A stretch of DNA of 64,000 nucleotides from Marsupella aquatica (Eukaryota > Plantae > Marchantiophyta), in assembly GCA_973895155.1 (NCBI GenBank), contig OZ316893.1, positions 4,198,490 to 4,262,489 on the forward strand, read 5' to 3'. The position numbers were made by a program, and so were the translations under genes. Each line of letters begins with the position of its first letter. The first letter of the stretch is position 1. The notes below the pieces were generated by a model. The model was not told the origin of the DNA. It saw only the letters and a program-made list of their open reading frames with translations, and did not search any database. Shown piece by piece: positions 1 through 13,232 of this stretch.

Positions 1-1374
1 CAGGCAAATGCAAGGTTTGCAGTAACCGTGGAGCCAAAGAACGTGGCTTTACAGTCTCACAAGGAGGTCGCAGAGCAAGTCCGACAGAAAGGGCAATCAA
101 CAGTGAGTCACGTCACATCTAATCTTGTCAGTTGCTCGTAGGAGAGAGTTTCCCAAAGTGGTGAATTTGGGAGTGGATGAATATGTTGCTGAATCAAAGA
201 TTTCACTCTCACTCTCAATCTTTCCATTGCGTCAGGTCGAATTCCGATGAGAAAATTAGATATGGCCATAACATGACTTTTCTAAAATGTGCAGATACCA
301 ACAACCATTGCAGAAGAAAAAGGCTTCAACCCATTCTTGCGACCTTTCAGTGACGAAATCAGGAAAAATGTGAAGAAAGGCAGCGCTGCAAGTGACGTTG
401 ATGTCTTTGCTGCCGTGAGGCATGCCAAGGATACATTTTAGACAGCATGTGAAGTGATGTACACACAAGTGAGTGACCCACTGTAATGGCTAGACTAGTT
501 TCTCCTGTCATTATGTTACAAGTTCGAAACTATGTCCTGAGCTTGCTTCTTGATGGGAAGTGTGTCCCAATCTTCACAGGAAGAATGACTGCAGAATTGA
601 TCGCCTCGAGCTTTGCAAAATGTTTGGCATGGACGCTACGCTTTAGTTCTCTTTGGCAATTGACAAGTTTCACTGAATTGTGCTGAGTGATTAGCAAACG
701 AGCTCTATTCGAATTGCTTTTGCATAGCTTTTGCATAGCGCCTTCTAGGCAATCAAAGATTGCACGCTTTTGTTCAAGTTGGCAAACATTTTCTGGAAGG
801 TATGGTTCAAGTGGCTCCCAAAAAAATGAAAAATCCCCAAGTGGCATACCAAAAAACAAGAACAAAAATATCAGTCATACTAAATTACCGCAATTTTATA
901 GAAATCAATCTATACTGATCAATTCATGATTTCGAAGCTTTCTTATTTCGAGGTTCCAGAAAAGGAAAGTAGACTTTTACTAGACCCAAAGATCTGACTA
1001 CCACTATCTCCATTGTCTTCTGGAAGAACAAGTTGTTGGGACAACAGTAGCTCAAGCTAAATCCCTTTCAAACCCACACATGAGAAGATTGTTATCAGTC
1101 CCAAAGGACAACGAAGAGGGTCCTCACTAAGATTGGATGTCCAAACTCATAGAAATATTCACTCTCAGTAGGCATGCTAGCTAGAATCCCTGATGAAAAT
1201 CACATTTAGTGTGAAGTTAGGATGAAAACCTAAGTAAACAAAAAGTAGAGATTTATATGAACTCTAGTATGAGGGGAGTGAATGTTGATAAACCACAACT
1301 GCACCTGTAAAGGGTTAAGGGTCATCTATAGCATTCATTATACATTGCACAGGTTCAGTTTGTGTTTGGGCTTC

Positions 1375-1889
1375 ACAAAAGGTGCTGAGTGCTCCACCTT
1401 TTATGGTGGTAGTGAGGCATGGAAAGAGGCTTTTATAGTGGCAGGTGTGGTTTAACATTTCCCTAATTGTGGATGGCGTGGTTTAACATTTCCCTAATTG
1501 TGGATGGCTGCAAGTAGCCTGAGTATGCTTGACTCTAATATTACTATTAGCTTGAATAAGAATGTGCTTGAGCTCCACAAAAGGTGCTAAGTGCTCCACC
1601 TTTTATGGTGGTAGTGAGGCATGGAATGGGGCTTTTATAGTGGCAGGTGTGGTTTAACACTTGCCTAATTGTGGATGGCTGCAAGTAGCCTGAGTATGCT
1701 TGACTCTAATATTACTATTAGCTTGAATAAGAATGTGCTTGAGCTCCACAAAAGGTGCTGAGTGCTCCACCTTTTATGGTGGTAGTGAGGCATGGAATGG
1801 GGCTTTTATAGTGGCAGGTGTGGTTTAACACTTGCCTAATTGTGGATGGCTGCAAGTAGCCTGAGTATGCTTGACTCTAATATTACTAT
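1375..1889. repeat. Tandem repeat, ~171-bp unit x3
   Basis: Unit CACAAAAGGTGCT.AGTGCTCCACCTTTTATGG... starts at ~1375, 1576 and 1747; the first unit has an internal 30-bp duplication. Confidence 0.9.
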
Positions 1890-4800
1890 CAGTAACAGTA
1901 GCTAGTAAAGTTTGGCATTGTTTGAAGACAAAGGTCGTAAGATTGATGCAGCTAATCTCTTGTTCCGACCATCTCTTTTTCAGTACCCCACCCAATTTTT
2001 ATGGGTCGCACATTTACAAATAATACATGTTCTTTGATGAATCAAACAGAAACTTGGATAGTACTTGAGGCAATAAAAAAGATAATAATTCATTCTTCGC
2101 CATTGATAATTATTGATTGATGGTGAGAATCATGTAATGAGGGTTGATGCATAATGAACTCAATTGTGTAAATATTGCAAGTGCATGCATGAATGATAAC
2201 ACATGCAAGAATGGAACTCTTGCGAGAATTGTAATGCGTGTGAAATCTATGCTAGTTATCATTTGCAAACTGGTCATGAGCAATTATATAAATGTCAGTA
2301 AGTACTTCTGGGTCGAGTAAGTTGAAGCCAAAATCAACCCAAATCCCTGCAATTTTTTATTATCTCTTTTCTCAACCAAATGGGATAATTTTGCTAAGGC
2401 ATATAGGAGACCTAAAGGAATCTACACTTAACTTTGAGCGCAAACTGAGTTCCAAATCATGAGTTAAAAAAATTTCATTTTCCAAATTTATCTTAAGCCA
2501 ATCCCACCCTAAGCCGACTTCAACTAAGCTGAGTCAATTGAAGTTGAGAAAATCAGGCTGAATTATTGCAAAATTTCATTTTGAAATGGGCTGAGACAGG
2601 GGAGAGCTAGGGGAAATTGATAGTAAACTGAGTTCGAAATATAACTATACTAGGACTTTGAAATTAGCCAGATCTTACTCTAAGCCAACCAAGTTGAAGA
2701 CAGGTCCCAAATCCAGCCAAATTTGTGTGATTTGTTGTTTTCTGCCTACCCAAGCTACCTACTTAACCAATTAGATGATATCTTGTAAGAAATAAGACAA
2801 ACCTAGGGGAATATTTATGCGGTTAAATATTTGACTTGGTTGGGTCATGTGAAGGGGCTGAGCTCAGAGGGGACCATCTGGACCCCCGGATGGACTTTGA
2901 GTTCTGAGGGATTGAGTGAGGGTTCATTTTGGGCCCAAAGCCAAACAAGTTTACTTCATGCACAATGAATGCTTGAAGCATGAGATACAATGCGGCTCGG
3001 GGACAAGTTCTGAGGCCTGGGCATGAGCATTGTGTTGCTTTGATCCCAACGGACTAAGGCACTTCACCTATATGCATGTACCTAAAACGTTATGGGCATA
3101 ATAAGTTATATAATTGTGTGCCCATGCGATCAGGTTGGAGTCTAGGTTGAGGGCCATATATAGAGGACCAAAGTTGGTCCGAGGGTGATAGGTATCCAAA
3201 AGCATATATGAGGGGAGTGGTGTCCCAAGGGGTGAACAACACTAAGGGGAGTGGCATGGGTGTTGGGGTCCAAGTGTATTTTGTCCCTAGACTTTCAATT
3301 GAGTGGGAGTCTTAGAGGTGGTTGCTAGAGTCGGGGCCAAAGTGGTCCCAATGTTTGGGACAAATTTTGGGACAAGCTAATTATTTGGGCCATGAGCATG
3401 TTCTGGAAGCAAGGATGCATCTGAATTGGGGAAGCTTGGATGACACCTGGCAGAGGGGATGTTTTGGACAAATAGTGGGTGCGTGCCTTAGCTTCAGCTT
3501 ATGGCAAAGTCACGCGGGCCCGATAGATTCTATTCACTGACTTACATACTAATGACTGTTGGGCTTGAGGCAAGACAAATAATGGTATTGAGATCCAAGA
3601 TCATGATGGGTTATTTACTGATGGGTTTGGTTGCTTATGCAAATAATAGGGACCGGACCGTTGAGCAACGATTGTGCTAATGAGCAAGTGCGGCTTTGTA
3701 TAGAAGTTGGTGCAAATGGTGAAAGAGGCACCAAGTTATTTGCTTGCTTGCATTCCATGTAAGTGTTCGGGTATCGAGGGTACTTAGGCAAGAGTACTTG
3801 GTTTGGTCAGGGCACTGGGTGGCAAGGTCCACCACTCCCTTCCTTTTCTCTACTAGTGTGCTCCTTCTCCCAGCCCCCTTAATTATTCTTCTCTATTTCT
3901 TGTCTCCTCCACTATGGCAAGTGCCCTTGCTTTGCTTGGTTTTCCTGTGGCTTATGGAAAACTAAAGTTTTGGGCGAGTACCGCTTTTCACCAACTCAAA
4001 TAAAATAAAATAATTGTTCATAATCCATGAAGGTTGCTCAGATTTAACCTCTCTCCCACATCTATAATGATTATACACTTATGGTCTTAGTCTTTGTTTT
4101 CATTTGCCATAATTACTAGGAGAATGATGAGAACTTTGGTACTTTTCACTTGTCATTAACAACTGGTATTCACAAACAACATAATCTCACAAATGTTTAC
4201 TAACTGTGCCCAAATTTCAACCATTTTGTGGGTCATATATACATATAGATGTAGGTGAGATTTTAAGGTCATTCATACACAATTGAATTTTGCACACATA
4301 AATTTAAAACAACAAATATACAACACTCGTTTTGGATTCACTTTGACAAGGTGATCTATGCAAAATGATTGAGGAATGGTTTTGGTCGTAGCCTTTTAAG
4401 AGTTTTGGTTTCACCGGACACTTAGGCACAAATTATGAGCCTTGATATTGACCTTTGTCATGAATAATTCGGTGGCCTGCTCTAAGGCTGCGTCTATTTC
4501 GCAAAAGATGTACAGAAGCGTACTTTATTTCCCCCAAATAAACATCCATTGATGTAGTGTGCTTATCCCCACAAAAGAGGGTACCCTGTGCTTTTTCCTC
4601 ACACAAAACTAAATGAATTAAAAATTATTAGTAAATAAATAAAATATATAGGTTATATTATGTTTAGGGTGAAAGCAAGTGAACATGCATGTCATCATGA
4701 AGGTTGGATGCTGATGACGATGGCAGCATGCCAGCGTGGCAGGCACTAATGGACAACTCATTCATAGATACATGCATGTGTTATGCATATATAAACTCAC

Positions 4801-5217
4801 GACGGCCCAATAAATCGTCGATCGAAAACCTGCTTGTACAGATCAACTGCCTACAAACCAAAAAAGGATCAGCATTATTTCGAGAAACACTGTATCTCGA
4901 AAATCTTTCTCGAGACTTGTGATGGCCCACAAACCTTTTGGGTAGTGGTACGTCTACAATCTACATTGAAAAGGAGTAGCCTGATGAGTAAAAAAGGGGC
5001 ACCACTCAGTGATGTAATAAACGAACATTCAAATTTATCATGGCTTGAAAATTCAGATCCACCTATAGGCACTTGCCACCTAATATAGTATCTACTTTTT
5101 TGTCATGTGGAATTATAGGCCGACAAACGTCTTGGCAGAACTTTTGGCCATCAACAGGGCAAAACTGTACGAAACGTGACCTCTTGACTGTACGAAACGT
5201 GACCTTCAAGAGAATGA

Positions 5218-5622
5218 GGGGGGCTTTACAAGAACTTGGGGGCAACCATTCCATTTTTTCTAAGTGAAAGATGCAATCCTAGCCATTCATATGTGGGAAC
5301 TGGCCACATTTCACTTTACATGAACTTGGGGGCACAATGAACCAAAAGCATAACCGAACCTAGTCATCTGTCACTGGGCCCCTTGTGGGTCCCTTTTTTT
5401 GCTGAGTTGTGCAAGCTTTTTTGTCAAAAACTTAGACCTCCTCTTGAGGTGGTCTAAAAACTTGGAGCAAAGGGCCGCTTGGTTTCAGGGAATTGCATTG
5501 ATTACTTCCATATCTGACACATTTTCGCTCAGGCATTTTAACTTTTGTGGAAGGAAATGGCCATCAGCTTTGCTATGGATGGAGAGAGAGTGAATGGCCC
5601 CCACCGTCTTGTAAAGCCCCCC
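5218..5622. mobile_element. PIF/Harbinger (Tourist-like) MITE
   Basis: TIRs GGGGGGCTTTACAAGA...TCTTGTAAAGCCCCCC; 3-bp TSD TGA at 5215-5217 and 5623-5625. Confidence 0.85.
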
Positions 5623-6767
5623 TGAGTTGCCTATATCAATACAAACAGTGTTTGGTATTTTCTCATACTAGTTTGTCGTGTTTGCTGGTTTATCTTCTAT
5701 CAAAATCTCTCATTAGCCGGCTCATCTTGGAACTTAGGGTGGCTCATCTACGGTTGCTTATTTTGTCTTGTAACAAACAGTAAGAACATTTAGGCTATCT
5801 TAGTGAACCAAACTACAGGCAACCCAGATGAGTTTGAGTCAGACTACTATAGGGAATCGGACAAATGTGTGACAAAGCCGCTGCACTCCCTGCCGAACTC
5901 TAGCAGCACGGCCAGTTATGGCAAGCCACAACCCTCACTAACCCTCACTGTTGAAGTCTTGTGGCCACTCTTGATGTAAAACTTCTTGGTGCCACTTGGG
6001 CAGTTATGGAGGGGAAGCATGAGCTAGCCCTTTTCCTGTCAGCAGTATATTTAAGCTCCAAGTATTTATTCTTTAGTCGACCCTCCTTTACTCTGTCGTT
6101 GCTGTTGCTTTCCAATGTCGACTGCCTTCTGTATTGAGAGATATGCTGAGTAGACCCCCTTCTGGAAAAAGTTTGCTTCATTAACCCCCTCAATACTTTT
6201 CTCCAATCTGGACCGTTGATGGACCTAGGGGAATTGATCAAGTAAAAACTTTCATTTTGGGGATTGATCAAGCAAATACCTCCTTTGTATTATGTTGTTG
6301 GAGAAACTCTACTTGGAAGGCTGTTCTTTGAAGGGTTCAATCCTTGTTAGAGATTTTTGATCTCACATGTGGAAGCCAGAAAACTGTGATTGGCATTGGA
6401 TACGCAAAATAAGATATCAAAATCCAAGAGGACTGCTGTTGCTTTTAGTGCCAAAACCTATGAGTGGCATTGGATACGCTAAATTTGTAATAAAAATCTG
6501 AAAGACCTCCTGCTTAGTTTGGTGTGTTGAGTTTAGCCTTGGAAAAAAATTCCCATTGCTTAGGCTTTGTACAAATGCAAATTTTGATTTTCTTTCAAGG
6601 GTGAAGTATGAAAACAAAACTGTGGTTTCTTTTCCAGCTAGAGGGGTATGGAATAAACCACTGGGGTATTTATTTGGGGAGAATCCCTAACTTTAAGAGT
6701 ACATCAAAAGTTGGATTTATTAAAGAAAACATTAAAAATAACAAAACAAAACATGGTTTCTCTATAT

Positions 6768-7115
6768 TGTTGAGTATAGACGACATTCGTAACAGCAAGC
6801 CCATGAACCATCCAACGCACAATAGTCGACACAGAGAGATACGTGGTTCACCTCCACATGAGGCTACATCCACGGGAACACACATGCAAGAGCTTTACTG
6901 CACTCTAGGCCGACCGCCCATACCAAGCATCCACAGCACAAGCTCTCCCTATCTCTCAACTAGCTCCGTAACAATGAGCCTAAGTTCCACCAGGGTCTGG
7001 CATCAGCCCTGGCTATATGCACACCAGCACAACCGCTAACATTAGCTAAGTCCTAACCCGAGTTAGACTAACTGTGGTTAGCTCATGAGTCACAAGACTA
7101 GAGCAATATCTAACA
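6768..7115 (-). repeat. Copia 3' LTR (348 bp)
   Basis: Direct repeat of 16686-17029 (about 7 substitutions and a 4-bp indel by eye); PPT AGGGGGAGTT adjacent at 7116-7125 (minus). Confidence 0.97.
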
Positions 7116-7322
7116 AACTCCCCCTTGACTCTTGTCTTGGGGACTGGACTAAATGCTACCATATGGATTCCTCAGCGGGAAGTTCTAGACAATCACCAAA
7201 CCAGGTCTCCCCCTAAAAACCACAAGGGTTAACTAAGGGTTAACTAGAACTAAGCCGTAGCCTAACAGGAATGAGTAATCCATATACAAATAGTCACACA
7301 TTGCTAAATAACTATATTTTCA

Positions 7323-8702
7323 CTACAACTGCAAAACCTGCAAAGTAGCACGGTGTCTTGAGAAACTCTCCAAAGGAATCACTTTGGTAAAAGCATCAAC
7401 GGGATTGAGCTTTCCATCAATCTTGACTAGCTCAAAAGTTTTATCAGACACTGCTTGCCTGATAAAATGGTACCTGATATCAATGTGCTTCACCCTGCTA
7501 TCCATCACCTGGTTAGCAGCCAAGTGAAGAGCACTCTGACTATCACAGTTTAGAGTCATTTTGCCATGCTCTAAACCCATCTCCGTGATCAACTTATCCA
7601 ACCAAATTGCTTCCTTTGCTGCTTCTGTTGCTGCAACATACTCTGCTTCTGTAGTAGACTGCGATATACACTTCTGCAAGGTAGATTTCCAACTGATACA
7701 TCATCTTCCAAGAGTGTATACAAACCCAGTTGTAGACCTCCTTGTATCCAGACAGCCTCCATAGTCAGATCTACATAGCCAACTAACGTTCTATCTGATC
7801 TGTTATCAAATAGTAATCCATAGTCCTGTGTACCCTTCAGATACCTGAGAATCCACTTCACAGCTTCCCAATGTACCTTCCCTGGATTTGACATGAATCT
7901 GCTAATCTTACCCATCGCTAGGGCTAAGTTAGGCCTAGTACAAGTCATCAAATACATCAGACTGCCTACTGCCTTCTCATAAGGAATCTTAGCCATCAGA
8001 CCTTTCTCCACAGCATCCGTAGGAGAGAAAGCCGATGATAACTTGAAATGTGAAGCTAAAGGAATACTCACTGGCTTACAGTTCTCCATGTTGAATCGTG
8101 CAAGTACTTTCCTCGCATACTGGCCTTGAGTCAAGCACAACTGTCCAGTCTCAGAGTTCCTAAAAATCTCAATCCCTAAGATCCTCTTGGCCTTACTAAG
8201 ATCCTTCATCCTAAATTTAGCACTCAATTTCGCCTTGAGACTGTCAACCTCAGATTTATCTTTAGCCACAATCAGCATGTCATCCACATAGATCACCAGA
8301 ATGATGAAACTAAATACAGCATTCTTGACTGATTTCGTATACACACAAGGATCATACACCATCCTTGTAAAACCTTGAGCAAGCATGAAATCATCAAACC
8401 GCTTGTTCCACTATCTGGGAGACTGCTTCAATCCATACAAGGACTTGAGCAATCTGTAAACTAAGTTCTCTTGGCCCTTCTTCATAAAGCCTAGTGGCTG
8501 TCTCATGAAGATCATCTTTTCCAAGTTGCCATAGAGAAAAGCAGTAACAACATCCATCTGATCCATCACCAGATTAAAAAACACAACAAGCTGACACAAG
8601 ATCTGAATTGTGGAATACTTAGCCACCGGTGAAAAGACCTGATTGTAGTCCACTCCTTTCTCCTGAGTGAACCCCTTGGCAACAAGCCGTGCCTTGTAGA
8701 TC
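7323..8702 (-). pseudogene. Copia reverse transcriptase-RNase H, disrupted
   Basis: YKARLVAKG, LYGLKQSPR, IYVDDMLI, STTEAEY, KHIDIRYHF motifs; stop at 8411 and frameshifts. Confidence 0.95.
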
Positions 8703-8766
8703 TAGAAACAGCAAGATTTTTGTCGGAATCCTCTTTCGTCAATAGAAAATCAAAGTTTGGTAGCAC

Positions 8767-9740
8767 TTACCGATCAAACCTCGGCTTGTATATCTGAACG
8801 AGGCAAACGCTCATCAAGCACCAGAGGCTCCATATTGATCGGGGCTTCCACTCCTTCCAGGGCTGTGGATAAACTCCAGCCTGTTCTCTTTCTCTTAACA
8901 CTGACTCCAGAACCAGATGGCCCCAATCCCTCAGATCCTCTACTCTCGCTTACATTTATGTAAGGTGCTTCCGAAACGCCTAAACCTGCACCGGCTGCAC
9001 AACCTCGACGATTGCCGCTGCCCCTTCTCCCGCCCTCGGAGGGACCAGCAACATCTTCCCTGATGTTCCCTCTCCCTTTCCCTTTCCCCCTGCCACTTCC
9101 CTTCCCCAAACCACTTTTGGGCTCGTCCAAAGCCGTACCTCCAGCGCTTTTTGCCGATGAAGCTCCACTCCCGTTAGAACCAGGCCTCTTAATAACTATT
9201 TTCCGGATGGGTCTGAATTCTTCACCTGTGAGCCTCTTGTACTCTGTGTTCACCCTTGGTAGCATGATGAGATCACAATCTTGGACAAACTGGCACACCC
9301 AAGCTGGGCCCATAAGATTCATTACTTTTGCTGACCTAACTTCTGTGACAAGCGCGTCTTCAGGGTAACTCTCAAGGGATTTCTCAAGAAATTTCTCCAT
9401 GGTGACAATGATAGAGGTGAATCCCTTGCCTCCACACATTGTCAAGAAACTCAGACCCTCTTTCAACACTTTTGCCTCTCTTTGGCTAATCAAGTACTCA
9501 CCACACCAACAACGGGGCCAAACGAGAGAGTAACTTTGCGGATTTTTGCATCTGGACCCAAAGGATAGGAGACTCACAGTCTGCCATATCCTTGGATTGT
9601 AACCTGGCGTCGCGGAAGTACCACGGTTTCTTGATGAACTTGACCTCTTCACAAATGTCTTCGCTTGTCCAAATCACGTTCGTGAGGCTTGTCATGAGAC
9701 TTTCAGCCTTGGTAGATCCACTCTTCCCACTAGGACCCAT
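8767..9740 (-). pseudogene. Cargo ORF D exon 1 (N-terminus of ParB-MTase protein), nested copy, frameshifted
   Basis: MGPSGKSGSTKAESLMTSLTN...WYFRDARLQS and DCDLIMLPRVNTEYKRL match 44326-45294; donor GTAAG follows ...QAEV. Confidence 0.85.
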
Positions 9741-10141
9741 GATGACAAAGTCTGCAAATCTAAATGCAAGGAGCGATAAATTTATCGCTCTGACAAACCC
9801 AAAAACCCAAAACCGGCATGCAAACATCGATACAATGAACTCAGAAAGTCCTCATTCACATACAAGCATTAGCTCATTCCACGAGCGATACCAATTCCAA
9901 TAAAATTATTGCAAACAAATATGAGCACGATATAAATTGACGGCCGAGATTACATTATCGTACGTGTCAACATCTGAAAATGAGACCAACACCGATAAAA
10001 TTATCGCAAAAGTGGTCCAAACAAAAAGTGAGCCTTCTTTAAATTGACGACCGAGTGTACATGTGATAATGTGCCTAATCAATCATCCCACCCAAGATCA
10101 AACCGCGCTACAGCAAAGCGAGAGATTAGCTTCTTGGGCCA

Positions 10142-10801
10142 TTATGGTATATGAGTGATCCTATGATCATAGGCCCACAGCCAATGAAAATCTGTGGCAC
10201 CGGTCTCAGGATTAACTACAGCTACTGAATAGCGGCGTGACGGAACGTCACAACAGGCATTTGTGCAACACTGACACATCTCACCATTGTCAAGGACATT
10301 TGTCCATAAACAAGATACATAAGTTAACCTAAATAACGGACAAAGAGGCCTAGTGGGGAGTTGACGAGTCCTGTACGAATATAACTTCCCACCAGTGTCA
10401 ATCAAAAACTCAGTAGCAAGAGGATTGTCCAGTTGGTCAATCACATCCTGAATCTCATCGAATGCTCTACGTCTGTTGTGGGCATAGAATTTTGGTTCAT
10501 AGGCAGGATTGCCCTTCACAACATGACAGCAGTGCAGTATAAAACGTTTTACAGCACTGGTTTTAAGAAAAAGCAGGATAATACTTCTAGAAAATGCAGC
10601 ATATCTATCCCACCGGATATAAATTTCTCCCCCTACCTGGTCTACGTAGAAGTGATATGCGTTATTATAAAATGGTTTTGCTACCAGACTGCAAATCTTT
10701 AAAATTAGTGATTCATCCAGCTTCCTTAGCTGGTCCATTAGGGCGCCATTCCCCCATTCCGGAGGATCCACGAAGGGTACAAAAATGCGTCGCTCGAGCA
10801 T
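10142..10801 (-). CDS. Cargo ORF C (unknown, Cys/Trp-rich), nested copy
   Basis: 219-aa ORF homologous to 43393-44105; stop after HIP probably premature (CAA>TAA). Confidence 0.75.
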   Translation of the reverse strand: MLERRIFVPFVDPPEWGNGALMDQLRKLDESLILKICSLVAKPFYNNAYHFYVDQVGGEIYIRWDRYAAFSRSIILLFLKTSAVKRFILHCCHVVKGNPAYEPKFYAHNRRRAFDEIQDVIDQLDNPLATEFLIDTGGKLYSYRTRQLPTRPLCPLFRLTYVSCLWTNVLDNGEMCQCCTNACCDVPSRRYSVAVVNPETGATDFHWLWAYDHRITHIP

Positions 10802-11263
10802 GACCTGATCAGCGAATAGAAATCAGGAATACATTTTGGAGAACATACTCATTACAATTCTACAAGTTTCATTCAACTTTATAGTACCTTGTATAACGGG
10901 CTGTGAAGCCAATGCACTTGTCAGCTAATCGTCCGTAGAGGCGCAAAAAACTACACTCTGGACCACACAACCCAAAGTCAGGCGAGGCAGAGTCATTTAC
11001 ATTCAAAGTGTTTTTTTACAAGCTCTTCTCGAGCAAACCTTAGAGCACCCAAAACAATTGACTACTAAATCGACTAGAGGAATGAGGAGTGCGATAAATT
11101 TATCGGATGTTCGCAGCAATGCCTCATCCACTCAGACTTGTCCATGCCATGCAAGAATTGTCCGCTTCCCGCTTTCTCCAAGATTCACCCAAACTCTAAG
11201 AAATGCATCTAATCGGTCATACGAGATGCACCCAAGCATATCTATGGGAGGGAGGAAATGAGT

Positions 11264-11680
11264 TTACTCTCGGAAGACCCTAGCAATATGTAGGTTTGAG
11301 AGAAGGTTGGCATTAGGAATGCTTGCGAGCATTTGGTTTATGTCATTAATCTCACGGACTGCATATTTCAGTAAAGCCCAAAATTGTGTACCAACAACAA
11401 GATGGTTCCATTTCTTTGAGGTGGCTCCAAGACAAATGATTGTTCTCATTCGAGCCAGTTGTTCTTTGGGTAAAAGTTTTAGGTCAAGGCCAAGGTGTTC
11501 ATCTTGTGTGCAAGACAACGCCAAGAGAGGCCAAATGTGAGATTCAACGAGTTGATCAGGAAGTCCATTCAATAGACTTCCGCATTCCACACCAGGCACT
11601 TTTCCTTGAATATATTTCCTACGCTCATGGGCTAATACGGATGCCATCTTAGCAACGATTAGGTTCTTCGACGCAGCCAT
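11264..11680 (-). pseudogene. Cargo ORF B (F-box-like), nested copy
   Basis: LLNGLPDQLVESHIWPLL...ICLGATSKKWNHLV; premature TAA after FRE, with the homologous frame continuing to ~11132. Confidence 0.7.
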
Positions 11681-11873
11681 GAAGCAGAGCTACCAAACCA
11701 CCAATAAAAGTACCTTCAATCACCAGGTGTAACCAAAGATATCCACAGTACCAACCCTGCACAATAGTTTAAAGATTAGGACTCGGACCATATTGTATTC
11801 GCTGCACATGGGTAGGACTTGTTTACTTAAATGTGTCCTTACAAAACGTGCCTCAATGTGAAGGTCGCAACAC

Positions 11874-12203
11874 TCATTGTGAAAGGTTGACCCAAGGGTC
11901 CTCGTTCCAAATCTGACAACATAAGTATGCCAATTTATGGTACTTGTTGTCAAGACGACGACAACAATAGTTACAAGAAAACTCCAAAGAATGGAGACAC
12001 GCCGTTAACATCAACCTCAAACGGATTGGAACTCCTGCACCATTCATTCCGCAGAACTCAATCCGGAGAGGATTCTGCCTATCTCCGGGATCAGTACCAC
12101 CCATCCACAACGCTCCTACACCAATGGGGAGAACTTTACGTTGCACGGGTTTCTTGTACAACCGGCGTGCACGTTTGACACAATTTTGAATTAAGACAGC
12201 CAT
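11874..12203 (-). CDS. Cargo ORF A (109 aa, unknown), nested copy
   Basis: Intact and the same length as 42029-42358, with a highly similar protein. Confidence 0.65.
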   Translation of the reverse strand: MAVLIQNCVKRARRLYKKPVQRKVLPIGVGALWMGGTDPGDRQNPLRIEFCGMNGAGVPIRLRLMLTACLHSLEFSCNYCCRRLDNKYHKLAYLCCQIWNEDPWVNLSQ

Positions 12204-12390
12204 TTGTCACTATACCTTTGCTCCACCAAGTGCAATCGACCTTTCGTTGTGCCTCCTAAACCCTGCAGCACTGCGACATCATAGAGGAAGATGAGTCTCC
12301 AGACAAAATAGAGGAAGATGAGTCTCACAGGAGGGTGCGATAACTTTATCGCATCTCGCTTTCATCTTGAAGACATGACTCCCTCACACA

Positions 12391-12575
12391 CTCAAGCAAT
12401 CTTCAATCAATCACAGGAATGGAAACTCCGATAAATTTATCGGAGTCTCAAGCAATCTTCAATCAATCACAGGAATGGAAACTCCGATAAATTTATCGGA
12501 GTCTCAAGCAATCTTCAATCAATCACAAGAATGGAAACTCCGATAAATTTATTGGAGTCTCAAGCAATCTTCAAT
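12391..12575. repeat. 56-bp tandem repeat x3, each unit carrying CGATAAATTTATCG or a 1-mismatch variant
   Basis: CTCAAGCAATCTTCAATCAATCACAGGAATGGAAACTCCGATAAATTTATCGGAGT repeated. Confidence 0.92.
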
Positions 12576-13232
12576 GAATGACAGGAATGGATACTCTGAT
12601 AAATTTATCGGACCTTGAATATAATTTATGGAATGAATGCACACTGGATCAAAGGAATGCAACAGAGGAATGTAGAATGCGATAAATTTATCGCAGTCCT
12701 CTCGGATCAAGACATTGACACCAAATGACAAGTCAACCTTACATGGATGATACTCGACTGGAATGGTAGTTCCGATAAATTTATCGGGTTCTCTGGAGAA
12801 AGAGTCAAGTCTCTTGGGAGGAATGCAAGACTTGATAGGAGTTCAGTATTCACTCTGAGTGAGGTGTTGTTCGCTCCGGCAAAAATAAACTTTTTATGGG
12901 CAGCCCGCTCCTCTTTATATAGGGGATGCTCTAACCATGGTAACTTTCCCCCTTAACCATGGTTACTTTCCACCTTAACCCGGGTTAGTGCGTGGTCGAC
13001 CCTCGATTACGTGGTTTTGGACCAAGTTACTCGCAGTTTGGACTTTTTCACAGACCGAATGTAAAACCTGATGCACGTATCGCTCCCTGCATTCCCGCAG
13101 CGATGCAATGTAGGCAACTCATTTTAAATTTTTTTTTGGCAGTTTATCAGAGATTGCATTGCCTTAGAAAAAAAATGGAATCGGGCTAAACGAGAAGTGT
13201 GTCACACTTCTCGATCGGTCCAAAATCGTGTT

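Larger units (their letters stand above)
8703..13232 (-). mobile_element. Truncated second copy (left ~4.5 kb) of the Sola1-like cargo transposon, nested in the copia element
   Basis: Left TIR AACACGATTTTGGACCGATCGAGAAG ends at 13232; colinear homology to ~41116-45350 including ORFs A, B, C and exon 1 of D. Confidence 0.92.

Noticed and set aside
256-929. Short ORFs that might be a gene remnant
   Set aside because: Broken frames and no motif I can recognise; would need BLASTX.
12391-12575. CRISPR-like array (also 18637-18885 and 49878-50035)
   Set aside because: Whole units are repeated with no unique spacers, there are no cas genes, and the context is eukaryotic.
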